Part shown: positions 53,001-58,911 of the stretch, in pieces
Layout: every line of letters begins with the position of its first letter
How positions within the stretch are numbered: the stretch's first letter is position 1
Made by a program: the position numbers and the translations under genes
Assembly: GCA_937910305.1 (NCBI GenBank)
Contig: CALEPS010000188.1
Coordinates: 1,095-65,094 of the forward strand
Length of the DNA stretch: 64,000 nucleotides
Direction of reading: 5' to 3'
From: an uncultured Bacteroidales bacterium
GTDB lineage: Bacteria > Bacteroidota > Bacteroidia > Bacteroidales > Paludibacteraceae
Notes under the pieces: generated by a model
Told to the model about the DNA's origin: nothing
The model's database searches: none
The model's input: only the letters and a program-made list of their open reading frames with translations

Positions 53001-54435
53001 GCGTTGCACGGCCGGCTACTAATCCCAAATCACGACCGAAAGCGTCTCCTACAGCTTTCTGTACCCTCTCTCCGAGTGCTCCGCCACCTGCAAAGGCCAT
53101 ACCGGTTAGTGCGCCACGTATCGGAGCCGTTGCAAGATTAGACCAATTAACCTCGCCTGTTTGATACAATTCTCCAATTAACGTGTGACCCGTATCTATA
53201 CCAGCCATCATTACACCACCACTCGTCAACCGCTGAGCGGTACGCAGTAAACCGCGCTGCATCGCAGCACGTTCCGCCGCTCCGGCAGCATCACTCAAAC
53301 CGACGCTTGCTAAACGGCGACCGGCAGCATTAACAATACCACGACCTGCCGCTTCTCCCACTCCCGGCATTATCCACATCAGCGGATCGGCTACTACATT
53401 GGCTACTTCCGCACCTATAGCAACTCCTTTTGTTGCCCAACCGGGATTCGCTTGCTCGTATTGCTGCGTTCCCTGCATCGCATACTGACGGCTCTGTGGA
53501 GACTGTGTATAGAGAGACGCTAACTGCGCAATCAAATTGCCTTGGATGAACTTCCGCGCAAAATAATCCAATTTGTCTTGCGGGATATTCTGACCTACAA
53601 AACGCTCTGCTATCTTGTCTTCTACAAAACGCTTGTATAACTGATACTCATCGATAGTCGCACCCATCTCTTGGGCAAGTTGAGCATCACCCTTTACATC
53701 TTTGCTCTGATATTTATTGTCTAACTCTCTCTCGAATGCATCAACGATAGCCTCTGGGCTATTCTGCTTGTTGGCTTCGCGGCTTGCTATAAGCGAATAA
53801 CCTATATTACCGAAACCGCCGCCCATTACAGAAGGTAGGTTCACTTGCTGTGGTTTGTTACGCTGAACGCTCTCCGCTGCCGCTTTGGCACGCTCGTTGG
53901 CTTTATTCCATACCTCATTCAGCACCGGCGCATCTTGCTTCCATTGTGCTTCAAACTGCTCTTTGTACGGAGCCAGCATACTCTCCCATTCTGCTTGAGC
54001 GCGTGCCGCATCTTGCGCTGCCGCCTCTTGTTGTTGCTGACGGCTCCTGCCTTGTATGTCTGTCGTGGCACTGATATGATATGGATTATGTGCTCCTATG
54101 CTCTGCCAGAAACTCGGTCTCTGCTCCACCAACGGATGATTCGGGTCACTGGTTACTCCTTGGATTGCGTTCTGACGCGCTAACTCTTCCTGCTCGCTCA
54201 ATAACGAACCGCCGGACACGCCTGCTTGCTGTGCCGGTTGTCCGTCAGAGGTCATAGCCAAAGCGAACTGCTCCGGCGTGCCTATATTGAGACCCAATTG
54301 TCCAGCTTGCTCATATACCCACTGACGATTCTTCTCGTCCTGCATCGCAGCGGCAAAATCATCTTCACTACCGAGATTGACGCGTTTGCCCGTCATCTCC
54401 TTATATAACCAACTTTGATTATCAGTTAGTGCCAT
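38041..54435 (-). CDS. giant (5,464 aa) multidomain polyvalent-type virion protein
   Basis: A single uninterrupted 16,395-nt ORF. It contains three HExxH motifs, two homologous H-Y-E ART-like domains, a possible ParB-like segment (VQGNNRLDALIKMY), glycine-rich hydrophobic N-terminal segments and a long helical C-terminal third. Confidence 0.85.
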   Translation of the reverse strand: MALTDNQSWLYKEMTGKRVNLGSEDDFAAAMQDEKNRQWVYEQAGQLGLNIGTPEQFALAMTSDGQPAQQAGVSGGSLLSEQEELARQNAIQGVTSDPNHPLVEQRPSFWQSIGAHNPYHISATTDIQGRSRQQQQEAAAQDAARAQAEWESMLAPYKEQFEAQWKQDAPVLNEVWNKANERAKAAAESVQRNKPQQVNLPSVMGGGFGNIGYSLIASREANKQNSPEAIVDAFERELDNKYQSKDVKGDAQLAQEMGATIDEYQLYKRFVEDKIAERFVGQNIPQDKLDYFARKFIQGNLIAQLASLYTQSPQSRQYAMQGTQQYEQANPGWATKGVAIGAEVANVVADPLMWIMPGVGEAAGRGIVNAAGRRLASVGLSDAAGAAERAAMQRGLLRTAQRLTSGGVMMAGIDTGHTLIGELYQTGEVNWSNLATAPIRGALTGMAFAGGGALGERVQKAVGDAFGRDLGLVAGRATHFASGTNIMVGSGVASHILQGGSLNDVDWGNEYANAAAMQLFFDIQGGLKTASKAGGLRKAWEAMRQDPMAHTLTREEIEQFNAAGIEGKDAYTILKSLNGGKEFGSLEEYYRVLNDISADERIDTQAKYKLASLLYGKVDAHVSPIYVGDIESGADGYVVKTYDNGGMVYETRKFDTQKAAEAYRVRQYGATRNNMLEWVEGIIRTRGFAEKMQEVTDGAIAKTIENYPQLSREDAYRVLSADEGSLTPIERAIRSQMEKYLAEDIKGSDILKGVREQVAREQGVSIDDLSKLLSREYSRLSAKDKTIFESYLNRLNEYMPRNNERTDRRAIEEGGGSGPQQAEEMTPEQRMTAEVTQYYGERTHDDGNVYPVQMAGDAERQGFVVGTVSPAINEKGRITNNDVVTVKWSDGTVTQENAKDLNLTATPGTPDTFIRTEVANRMDQAAAEQAAVERVQEQLPEGTAIFVNDTEEITATDNGDGTYSYQDAQGMTNIVTPEQMAEQGYALIEGKQQPAAPTETQQQDGHQQAPQQSQAAQPAAPVEPVLDKMTAADYAGAAVEFMGSRERVDKFLEAEIANTQSQLKAAERKKVTRYNGIADFNAQQELIDREKKALQDRLDKLTEAREKAKSYLTIAEREQRAQAEAERRAAEEAARIAREQAAAAEAARLEQERIDRELKKGVPDFSEDNDRDARNRGFHVVNGRVIHRQEPLQPLATGKAVTVQFAKGQNGAAEAHHVLIPVSMAQPSHINGQRNPAFFISEAQPKDRRDQVSKVTSDMMAQNIHPDEIVEGATAYVGAPVLNGRGEAVQGNNRLDALIKMYQSHPESVAKYKQYLIDNAEALGYTETDIETIRNNDVIDVRMLDNVTDEQAIQLWQKKATDLETGGVQLIDPQVTANQLGDRIQRFSEILLRSEDDEATLADLTLRNGRPALEFLQKLGIISDAQMQSAFDSRGNLTAEAKAALQGVLKQVLFQNAESDNLPIMFDDIPVTAQKAILQTIVRDLQSPEESRLVPDIQEAIGALYRALHQSAEVKNGRNEQEIRAAMRSWALQMQFPSDFDAENFVPSEKFSNFALELATLFKYGKQTEIAKALNAYYDAVQGTTGSLFGDTPAIPHKEAIKQIFGIDYKSVDEARREKHRKELTDYLNTIADEAHPFELYGNDNFIDLLIQLGTSPRKIEYVRNQLANGKTFDGFTIKNKLYLNTDGLDTTEKARSKYIHERQHLLTTKEQIERVMRAASREELDVLVEVLSQSGGAYSNESHDVLADEFISYSMEEAYAVESDEELESILRAAGANDELINIIKSINNEQRENDERLGQSERLGNARRPADVRTDSQGHSPQNGRDQGKEPGVLEQTGAGTTGRGGLGGRTGGENRGSTEGAGLSEVGSEGVSGEEAGGAGDNAGIAGENQGSSGVGQERGLGEVRPTQREQLTDYLNGIADEEHKPILFDNSTLVETLRNIGATPDAIAEAQSLVVNGGHIEGFYLNGYVCLDIDNLPDAERARTKYVHERQHDLTRKDIKRVKEVEDVAPESELKSLLEKFSNSPFYNKQKHSIVADEFISFAMEEAYKAKDDAELESALRAFGVKDELIDIIKSINNEQRGIEAFAMARRNAPDNHSAESSSRESSADSGTQSEGGLGREGFDTDQQSLRRTEGRGDGVPAAGEVSSTKFEAADTEIGGALVDRLEDMGVSVSTDLDANRAALKAAKADKSDAGAIHYYKSPDDLRLSVSGTQTIPVGKNTLVGLHNISAEKLRKALKMGGLANPSAAVIDLARQNHHGYGEVSLVMPSSLVDSESGRNAGTYAGDAYTPMYPNVEYRAGKETAKRLDELTKGLPEDLAFAIQNNVRDYMDKNRNYSGLEYVYLAQQGRELPIELTPRRYPNISIEDIYKRLGMEYPGFYDSSSYDAYEKLEGEQLAEFNLWLEQYGDQEKIDKRKEMVARMRSEGKDGAANYMEDRWGEHWSFAAYDSALYRIMQDGRDAGKENYGRTIEKAQTIIDTEGMRPAFEAWLQKEIDKLGYNEVIFAGWTRDGDRRYLPNTIENASRLMNKEGDTNWREGAGVSETKSMLMPKFRTLNQIRKHKDILEPEEEKIKTAYEEVGHDWTSLGIDFRDYTQKDGHAYGLDDNPFIAVDNALMRIQEAMMKADPIAYLNREYRYQIQADNEWAGRIAEMKDRIANLPSRYFETKFRRPVYLDEFRNAVVPNDLPTELRDGLEKAGLTLFEYDPKEEGARRAATLQATDDEGIRFSVSGGLDTDRTLTKAAREEMQQIKDAALADGTFMKAPNGKRSNLNERQWLQVRLRSFKRWFGDWENDPENASKVLDENGEPMVAKHGTPYSFTIFDENRQQQHDAGWLGRGFYFFTKNDDYAAGYAQGGRVLNTFLNIREPYFATNEDMERLSELEDREESARFTQQLIDDGYDGVYFDGDLNGEYVAFSPNQIKSATDNDGSFSEENDDIRFSISNQNNDIFYSNAERAVEGIKQEKATPEQWRAMIEKAGGLKAGEDKWIGLSDWLAQQRPTVELQPNETRSQFVVRLGEASKKFTISKQDILDYIREHKIQIEEQEYGEYEEDALFLERKDEFKRYYDEAVEAGEEDPNEVAWDRMIEEYGDDFSMGYYAVGDELMRDNDSDYAQWEADSEGRPRNINETRLRYTTWGLENKREIALIVPDIEEWNENDEIHFGDAGPGKAIAWVRFGDAHKIKYGENGEELADVLVIDEIQSKRHQEGRERGYVDSETAIKYRQLEKETSKAQLEYHDYRDQLWKKYENQVRTRGEMLDVLTPEEKSKHTELQEKYENLYDRWEEFKKNIPVSAIPAAPFEKNWHELAMKRILRFAAENGYDKVAWTTGEQQAKRYDIGKEIDHIVKTDENTYEVYPTSGLMMTLEFDENGMYADEYDREYNGKSMSDIFGKDLAKRLKEMPVDETFQGDGLRVGYDGMKGFYDDILPRFMQKYGKKWGVQVGEVTMPQLEDGYQTMHAIDITPEMRESVLEGQPMFSISGRKPTVNAIDGVQTINLNKENIDLSTIYNRRFMYNPKTGTLVLGKERASIEYESHAEELAKSGVEEPFDDFARGWIGYSKRGAYKNGIIHFAPSIGQKNFEQGFETLSDLAGEIGINGNTIIRGFVGKWEQPLSEIFPNRFPNNTIAPKPNETRSQYIARVAEKEAKYANMSSGRAVTLNEQDDEEETTPEAQITNLDYPQFANQTEAQQLATAALVEVLNDNTDLDVFLATDEQMPEDGSEKETRRDRDGFQIGDGTWHMPYEVRQFPDYPQIEARVSKASTTESVYVTYTNKNNGASVKVRFSNHMSNNARWGVDLPGFAAENGQILERLGLAEGEWQGNSYVPVRSISKAELAAGNYEVADKTRAELSQLPIGTDISEYKGKLVPDMTNNAIYTSDKVVEDQYHGRRIYRDANGNIIPSGRTREAMLTPDGTLYGWAIGDRIYLTKDGLNPNSPIHEYSHIWAKAMMRNNREGWQSIVDIFKGMPFWDEVVNDPNYQGLTTDDAICSEALARYSGQRGAARMEEWAKEEQYEAEQSGSVLRGAKVRQLINRAKKALADFWHWVGVNLFGIKHFDSAKQVADRILWDMLNGTELGDHIRFSVTGGENDKNGIANEDDQTTTDKFKAWFGDWQNDPEHASKVVDADGKPLVVEHSTPNEFTTFDINRLGENSGDRGIFGAGFYFGDRGNTDIYGKSHMQVYLNMRKPFVMEDYMPDDISAFIVEHFNTPALRKIVLNENGKNITVGEYNDIVNAVNAEMEEGKHDAEIERISSFYRPDSARRKVRDDAIADKSFLIPGSLNYLISTMIGSQEFTNALRENGNDGVIVGKGNGYNEYVVFSPNQIKSATNNSGEFSKDNNDIRFSVNNPSTLSRSETVTKALVQQANNNYNIMQSALKKVTADLKGIRAAMRMQSDYDRKVVDALLNLYNTLLQENGVWAQYMPDTTRRIATQIVHAIGKKDISTEVNTIMDHMVDAQAKAAQRQWDKLRQTPIDKINISGVVMQGKVALEGQHALKALNEVLDPENGITLLTLRGDHTDPNKEVDGLIDQLMQMEDNATDESQKLQYKGQWIGYEIAAQYLERIQHIQEERKQLDLELKKAQGNMALKPAARKQLVESIKQAMRDNDLDQADAYMQSTRDLQEYVSTQEVRAKDFIRRQGANRDKIRSYAQRDLEGLATNPNRNRTRGAIARQMWDAIASPIRDLQSLLRLTGLHAPDGEGYLYNHFMRGWMDAADQEYTGIVAASKTLDEKISELTHGKYKTWEEAARKINDASHNMFTVTMLNGVDGKDMPVMEDIPLSAGNALYIYAVNKMNDGRMKLAGMNITEDDVKALTDKVREQFGQEILDVVDWVQREFFSQLRNRYNPTHEALFGAPMDAIENYFPLRINAAARQQNEDLSEPDTDAARLLAGTSTGAIKRRTKNSLPLDVRNADFFQEVIRHIAQMERWNAFAQWNRDANILFSDINFRNRIKGMNGTIYGSGDQLYNYMKDAFRVAIGTYKPKTDQPSEITLNIAKGVTSAKINFRIWTALKQIASFPAFFTYMTDGVFVGSYLRNWMTPHGTMKWARENLPNFEKRVSKRDMGDMRLMQRTTDWQWNKRVLEWSQKYGMAANVYFDTLTCATGARAVYDSRLAEYLKKGYPQEQAEQRARQDSEQAFNTSQQSSEGAFMSPVQMDRNVYTAALTVFRTSPIQYTRNFIFHTRNLLRKFGKGSKEEQIAFRMGQYKNDGLKDEQARKAAEKDYNKSIRSDIAGFVVYGALLNLLWRLVGQVPYLLLGDDDDKKKQLIDDTTSGGAWFSPFTGLMGGGVIESALDGNGSVADMFAPELPFTQDVKRVGKYLDNDKYAEFANQALSVAMQSGTGFDPQTAGDVIQRIVTTIDSEEELSAAEQALRISQALLSIPQSQYEQQLIDRVVADERKYDAALADYIRYQKVHTAPLTWWMRGEESTEKAEEKAVERFNRLLNERDALHNPEEE
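41381..42183 (-). other. ART-like domain 2 of the giant protein
   Basis: FKAWFGDWQNDPEHASKVVDADGKPLVVEHSTPNEFTTFD...GAGFYFGDRG...GYNEYVVFSPNQIKSATNNSGEFSKDNNDIRFSV. It is homologous to domain 1. Confidence 0.5.
42589..42603 (-). other. third HExxH motif (HEYSH) of the giant protein
   Basis: NSPIHEYSHIWAKAMM, read from the reverse complement of ATGGCTGTACTCATG. Confidence 0.6.
45598..46251 (-). other. ART-like domain 1 of the giant protein
   Basis: FKRWFGDWENDPENASKVLDENGEPMVAKHGTPYSFTIFD...GRGFYFFTKND...NGEYVAFSPNQIKSATDNDGSFSEENDDIRFSI. Confidence 0.5.
47985..48191 (-). CDS. nested +1-frame ORF 2 (68 aa, MNNE..., RHH-like pattern) inside the giant gene
   Basis: (54435-48191) mod 3 = 1. 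It is a paralog of the 48690..49067 ORF. A TAA lies 5 codons upstream in its frame. Sequence: MNNEVSKLSLWQGEMHLTITVPKVVAERAAQIQERNPKEDWDEKGLTLINKAYDELKAEG. Confidence 0.4.
   Translation of the reverse strand: MNNEVSKLSLWQGEMHLTITVPKVVAERAAQIQERNPKEDWDEKGLTLINKAYDELKAEGMEFPQPEK
48190..48693 (-). other. HExxH module, tandem copy 2 (main frame of the giant gene)
   Basis: LTDYLNGIADEEH...KYVHERQHDLT...ADEFISFAMEEAY...DELIDIIKSINN. HERQH is at 48448-48462. Confidence 0.7.
48690..49067 (-). CDS. nested +1-frame ORF 1 (125 aa, MNNE..., RHH-like pattern) inside the giant gene
   Basis: (54435-49067) mod 3 = 1. A TAA lies 5 codons upstream in its frame. It exactly fills the linker between HExxH module 1 and module 2. 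Sequence: MNNEKTMNDWDKVSVSVTQDDLRMSVQIRRDIARKMGEIRGRNPEYWSKRGLELLDAADWE... Confidence 0.45.
   Translation of the reverse strand: MNNEKTMNDWDKVSVSVTQDDLRMSVQIRRDIARKMGEIRGRNPEYWSKRGLELLDAADWEDELEARIEAVLKEPGYPKSALREYLEKKPEELEITPELQARIKEALESDKNEDWEKFDQPNANS
49066..49566 (-). other. HExxH module, tandem copy 1 (main frame of the giant gene)
   Basis: LTDYLNTIADEAH...KYIHERQHLLT...ADEFISYSMEEAY...DELINIIKSINN. HERQH is at 49321-49335. The copy-to-copy period is 876 nt. Confidence 0.7.
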
Positions 54436-54441
54436 AATATA

Positions 54442-57400
54442 TTATCGTATTTTAGTATTCAATATGCTGGGGTCGAAAGCAACCTCCATGTAGTCAATGC
54501 GGCTCTTGCCGGTGAACTGCCCTGAGAGGCAGACGCGGAAGAACTTCACATCTGTCCGCTCAATCTTGCAGCCGAGGTCCGTCCACTTGCCTTTACGCTC
54601 GTTACCGCCTACCATCGCCCATTGCCGCCCGTCGTAACTGCCGAAGACATACAGACCAAGGTGCGCATCATCGCCTACCGTCTTAAAATACCCGCGTATA
54701 ACCAGCCGATGCAGCTCCTTGAAGCCGATAGAGTCTAACTTGATGATGTTCGACAGCCAGAAGATACCGTTGTCGGCTTCCTTGCGGTGCTCCAGCGATG
54801 TCAGCGCGTTGCCCTCTTCGTCCACCTTGTAGAAAGTGCCGCCTTGTACCCGGTAAGAGGTAGGATAGTTATTAACGTACTCGTCTGCCGTAAAACTGCG
54901 CCGGCTCCATTGCCCCTCGCGGTCCATCACATAACTGTACGGATAGTTCGGGTTGGACACCATCAACTCACGCAGGTTGTGGTTGTAGTTGATGATGGCG
55001 CCGGAGATATACGTCAGAAAATCCACTCCGTCTAACATTCCTTGCGGCAGTTTAGCAAACACATCGGCGGTAAACCTGTGCCACATGATCTTCTTGGCTA
55101 CATACGGATGCTGCTGGTCGTATGGCGCGTCCTCGTAGTCCTCAATACGGAACACATCACCCTCCGCCGGTGCGCCTATCTCCTCTACCTGCTCTCCGGC
55201 AATCATCATCAGTCCGCGGTCAGTAGTGAACACAACACCGGTGTCAATAGGTGTGACGGAGCGGGCATTGTTGCACACATCGCGGGCAAGAATACGGGCG
55301 TTCTTATACACCATCTCGCCGGAAGCTTCCACATACAACGCATACACACCGTCCTTACAGAACACATACAGCGGTGCGGCACCGGTCTGACCTGTACCCA
55401 CCGCGATAGCATTGGACATAAGTGCCAGTATCTCCGCCGAGCCTATCTGATATGTATAATCGACAGGGAATAACATCGGCTGGTCTGCCTTGCTCACCTT
55501 CAGTCCGTTCGGAAAATACTCCTCCGTGTTCTGCATATCTGGCAAAGCATGAGGATTGTTCGGTACTGGATATACACTGAACTCTATCGGTTTCAAGTCC
55601 GGGTCTATATAATACGCCATATTCAAATACGGGTGCGGCTTCAAATCCACCGTTTTGGCGTAATACAAATACATAGCACCTCCTTGGTATGTCGTTTCTT
55701 CCTTCAATATGTATATAGACATCTTCTTTGCCCTTGCGTCCGGGTATGTCAGCAAAGGATTCAGGCTCTCAATGAAATCAGCGCGTCCGTCCTTTCCGCT
55801 ACCTATTTCATACGGCTCGATATACCGCACTACCCGTTGCATGCCTTGTGCAGTATCAATATCAACGGTAATGTAGGCAAAGTATTTTATTGCGCTGCTA
55901 TACGTGGCAGGGAAATCATGCTGCGTCCTCGGATATTGCAGATACGCATCATTATTGTCCGCAAGATTAGGCAGTACACGTTTTCCTGCCTCGTCTGCCG
56001 GGAACCATGCGCCGTCCTGCACCTTGACCGAATGGTTGTGCAGGTGGAAAAGGTCTATCGGATAGCCAAAGAACGGATGCGACTTGTAGTTGGCTATATG
56101 CAACCGTCCGTTGTACATATAACTTACCTTCGGCAAATACGTCGTGCGGGATAACGCCTCGGTATCAAGCGTTTTCTGCTGGACGAGATTCTCAAGTAAT
56201 CCTTCGTATTCCGGTGATGATAGATCAACCAATGGATTCTCCAATAAGTCACCTAACTCATTTATTTTATATTCGCGTAATAAATAAAATGGAGAGTGTT
56301 TTAAGTCATTTATGATTTGCGCTAACTCTCTTGGTTGTGGTGCATTGGATGTGTATGATTCGTTTATGGTAACAGTGGATCCTTGATGATATTTATAGCC
56401 GACAGAAGCGTGTTGAGAAAACACAAGTGTCCCTTTTGGGTGTGTAACAGTACCAACTCCTTCTACATTAAAACTCTCATCCTTCTCGCGAGGCTTGTAC
56501 AAGTCAGCTTCTGTTGTAACAAATATGCAAAGTGACGATATTACATCTTCATTACTTTTGAGTAGATTTATAGTGTCAGGTGTAATTGAAATCACTAAGT
56601 CTGAACCCAAGAACCAAAAGTATTGCCCGCTATTATATGATATACAGTTTATAAATCCACCTTCAACATGTTCACTATTAGTATCAAAAGAATCATCAAA
56701 AGTTATTTCCCCGGGAGTTCGACCCTCAGGTGCCGATACTCCATACGGGATAATAAGTGGAAATTGCGAAAAAGCAATATCACTAAGATATGTAATCCCT
56801 GACTTTTCTTCTTCGCCGGAAAGATACCTGTCTATAGTCGCTCCGTTATCTATAAACATTACTTTGTATTTCCCAGAATTTACGTTAGCAATTCTAAATG
56901 GTCTGTTTATAAATCCCTTGCCTTCTTTATGGATGAAATTAAATTGTTCTCGTGGATGAACAAGAACCGGATTTGAAGCGTACATGTAAGAACCATCGTA
57001 TAATTTAATTGCGGCTATTGCAAAAAAAGGTTGAGCAAATTGGTTCTTCTTTTTGACTACATTTTTAATGGATTCATAATACACTTCTAACCCCCAGTTA
57101 TAAACAGCTTCTATATCTCTTCCGCCAAACGTGTGTTGCTCGTCACATGGACAATAACAATTAAAATGCACCTGTCCGAAAGGATAGAGTGAGCGGTCGG
57201 TTGCCTTTCCGTTCACATCCATATTCACCTCGATATACTCTTTCGTACTGGTCTTGAATACAAAGTGCTCAAAATCGTCTGCCTCGTCGATAATAGTCAG
57301 CAAGTGTCCGGTCTGTGTCACCCACATATCGCCGGTGACGGTGGTGAGTGCTACGCGCTCCGTGGGCAAACCCTGCTTGTCCTCCGGCCATTGACTGCGG

Positions 57401-57702
57401 TCGGTCGTACCGTCTAAGGGATAGAAAGTTACACCATCGTTATCTATCTCCGCAAACCAATAGAGCGTGCCGCCGGACACGCCTAACAGATGGTGATAGA
57501 CATTAGTATGAACATAGAGTTGGGCGTAGCCGGTGCCGGAGAAGTTCTCAATCATTCTTCCGTTGCCGGATGCACGCCAGCTGCCGTCAAGGAACCGCAG
57601 ATTAACGAGGTCGTCGCTCTGTCCGTCCTGCACGCCTATCTTGGTTTGGTTGCGCACAATGCCTTGCGGCATGATCGCTTTCCTGTTATTTCCGTCTGCC
57701 AT
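54442..57702 (-). CDS. large (1,086 aa) virion/tail-associated protein, function unknown
   Basis: A long ORF immediately upstream of the giant gene (6-nt gap) in the late operon. I recognised no motif. Confidence 0.45.
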   Translation of the reverse strand: MADGNNRKAIMPQGIVRNQTKIGVQDGQSDDLVNLRFLDGSWRASGNGRMIENFSGTGYAQLYVHTNVYHHLLGVSGGTLYWFAEIDNDGVTFYPLDGTTDRSQWPEDKQGLPTERVALTTVTGDMWVTQTGHLLTIIDEADDFEHFVFKTSTKEYIEVNMDVNGKATDRSLYPFGQVHFNCYCPCDEQHTFGGRDIEAVYNWGLEVYYESIKNVVKKKNQFAQPFFAIAAIKLYDGSYMYASNPVLVHPREQFNFIHKEGKGFINRPFRIANVNSGKYKVMFIDNGATIDRYLSGEEEKSGITYLSDIAFSQFPLIIPYGVSAPEGRTPGEITFDDSFDTNSEHVEGGFINCISYNSGQYFWFLGSDLVISITPDTINLLKSNEDVISSLCIFVTTEADLYKPREKDESFNVEGVGTVTHPKGTLVFSQHASVGYKYHQGSTVTINESYTSNAPQPRELAQIINDLKHSPFYLLREYKINELGDLLENPLVDLSSPEYEGLLENLVQQKTLDTEALSRTTYLPKVSYMYNGRLHIANYKSHPFFGYPIDLFHLHNHSVKVQDGAWFPADEAGKRVLPNLADNNDAYLQYPRTQHDFPATYSSAIKYFAYITVDIDTAQGMQRVVRYIEPYEIGSGKDGRADFIESLNPLLTYPDARAKKMSIYILKEETTYQGGAMYLYYAKTVDLKPHPYLNMAYYIDPDLKPIEFSVYPVPNNPHALPDMQNTEEYFPNGLKVSKADQPMLFPVDYTYQIGSAEILALMSNAIAVGTGQTGAAPLYVFCKDGVYALYVEASGEMVYKNARILARDVCNNARSVTPIDTGVVFTTDRGLMMIAGEQVEEIGAPAEGDVFRIEDYEDAPYDQQHPYVAKKIMWHRFTADVFAKLPQGMLDGVDFLTYISGAIINYNHNLRELMVSNPNYPYSYVMDREGQWSRRSFTADEYVNNYPTSYRVQGGTFYKVDEEGNALTSLEHRKEADNGIFWLSNIIKLDSIGFKELHRLVIRGYFKTVGDDAHLGLYVFGSYDGRQWAMVGGNERKGKWTDLGCKIERTDVKFFRVCLSGQFTGKSRIDYMEVAFDPSILNTKIR

Positions 57703-57726
57703 AGGGAAATATATGCTGAATGATTA

Positions 57727-58899
57727 TTATTGCACCCAAGGAGCCGTATTCGCCTGCCGCTGATTTTGTAACCATGGCGCTTGAGGACCATTACCGCCCG
57801 TCATCAGAGTCTCTAACTCATCACGGGTATATTCCTTCTCTTTGCCGTCCACAGTATGCGTCAGATGCATCTTCTCCAACTCGTTCAGATAAATATCCAT
57901 CATGCCAGGTATGGCATATAGCGTACCATCGTTGATCAATCCGTCGTAGTTCCATCGGTCCGGTGTCGGGGCTTTCCCCGCCTGACCGCGTTTAGCCGGT
58001 GTTCCCGGGCTACCGGGAGTGAAATACAGCGTCCACAACCGCTCTGCATTCTTATCACCATTCCTTACTGCGTCTTCTACACTCCTTGCTACTACCCTTG
58101 ATAACGCATCTTTCTTCGTCTTGGGAATCTCAAACGTCATGTATTTCTCTCCTCCCGGAGCGTTTGGCACACGGATAGCAATATAATCGGTATTTTTCCC
58201 GCCGCCACCGCTGCTACTACTTGATGAACTACTCGAACTGCCGCCCGCTCTTCCGCCTACCTCCCCATAAGTGCGGTCATTGCCTTGCTTCGTTCGGGTA
58301 GTCGTCTTGCCGCCCTGCTCTGTCGTATAGGACACTTTCGTCCCATACGCCTTGCCCACACTGTCATACAGCTTCTGCACAGCATTGGCATACGCCGCCT
58401 TGGTGCTGTTAACCGCCTGCGCAGCAGCGTTATCCTCTGCTGCTTGCTCGCGTTGCAAGGCAATGTTGGTATCATGCGCCGCCTTTGCGTGCTGGTCTGC
58501 CTGTCGCTGCCATACATTACCACCGGTAGCCGTAGTTATCATGTCGCCTAATACAGATAAACCGTTATACCATGCCGACTCCTTCTGCTTGCGGCGGTTC
58601 AACGCCTCTTCTGCCTCACGCTGCTCACGCATCGTCTCCAAGCCGGGGAACATATCCGATAGAAACATGCGCCGGTCCACCTCACCCGTATCAGGATTAA
58701 CATGATAAGCAGGCGCTATCTGACGCTTCTGCTCTTCAAACGCCTGACGGGCTGCCTCGTTCGGCGTACCGTCCGGGTTATAAAAACCATTCACCTGCTG
58801 CTCCGTCCGGGTGGTCACTTTCGGCTCATGCTCCGTAACCGTCTCTTTGTCGCCGTGAACGGTCGTGATGTTGCGTTTATATCTCTTATCGTCTGCCAT
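57727..58899 (-). CDS. hypothetical virion protein with poly-Ser/Gly tract
   Basis: A 390-aa ORF containing GGRAGGSSSSSSSSSSGGGGK, located in the late operon. Confidence 0.45.
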   Translation of the reverse strand: MADDKRYKRNITTVHGDKETVTEHEPKVTTRTEQQVNGFYNPDGTPNEAARQAFEEQKRQIAPAYHVNPDTGEVDRRMFLSDMFPGLETMREQREAEEALNRRKQKESAWYNGLSVLGDMITTATGGNVWQRQADQHAKAAHDTNIALQREQAAEDNAAAQAVNSTKAAYANAVQKLYDSVGKAYGTKVSYTTEQGGKTTTRTKQGNDRTYGEVGGRAGGSSSSSSSSSSGGGGKNTDYIAIRVPNAPGGEKYMTFEIPKTKKDALSRVVARSVEDAVRNGDKNAERLWTLYFTPGSPGTPAKRGQAGKAPTPDRWNYDGLINDGTLYAIPGMMDIYLNELEKMHLTHTVDGKEKEYTRDELETLMTGGNGPQAPWLQNQRQANTAPWVQ

Positions 58900-58911
58900 A
58901 GTCGTATTCCT

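Noticed and set aside
58200-58250. Poly-Ser/Gly coding tract in the 390-aa virion protein as a phase-variable repeat
   Set aside because: The serine codons are mixed (AGC/AGT/TCA/TCG), not a pure nucleotide repeat, so slippage is unlikely. It was noted only as low complexity.
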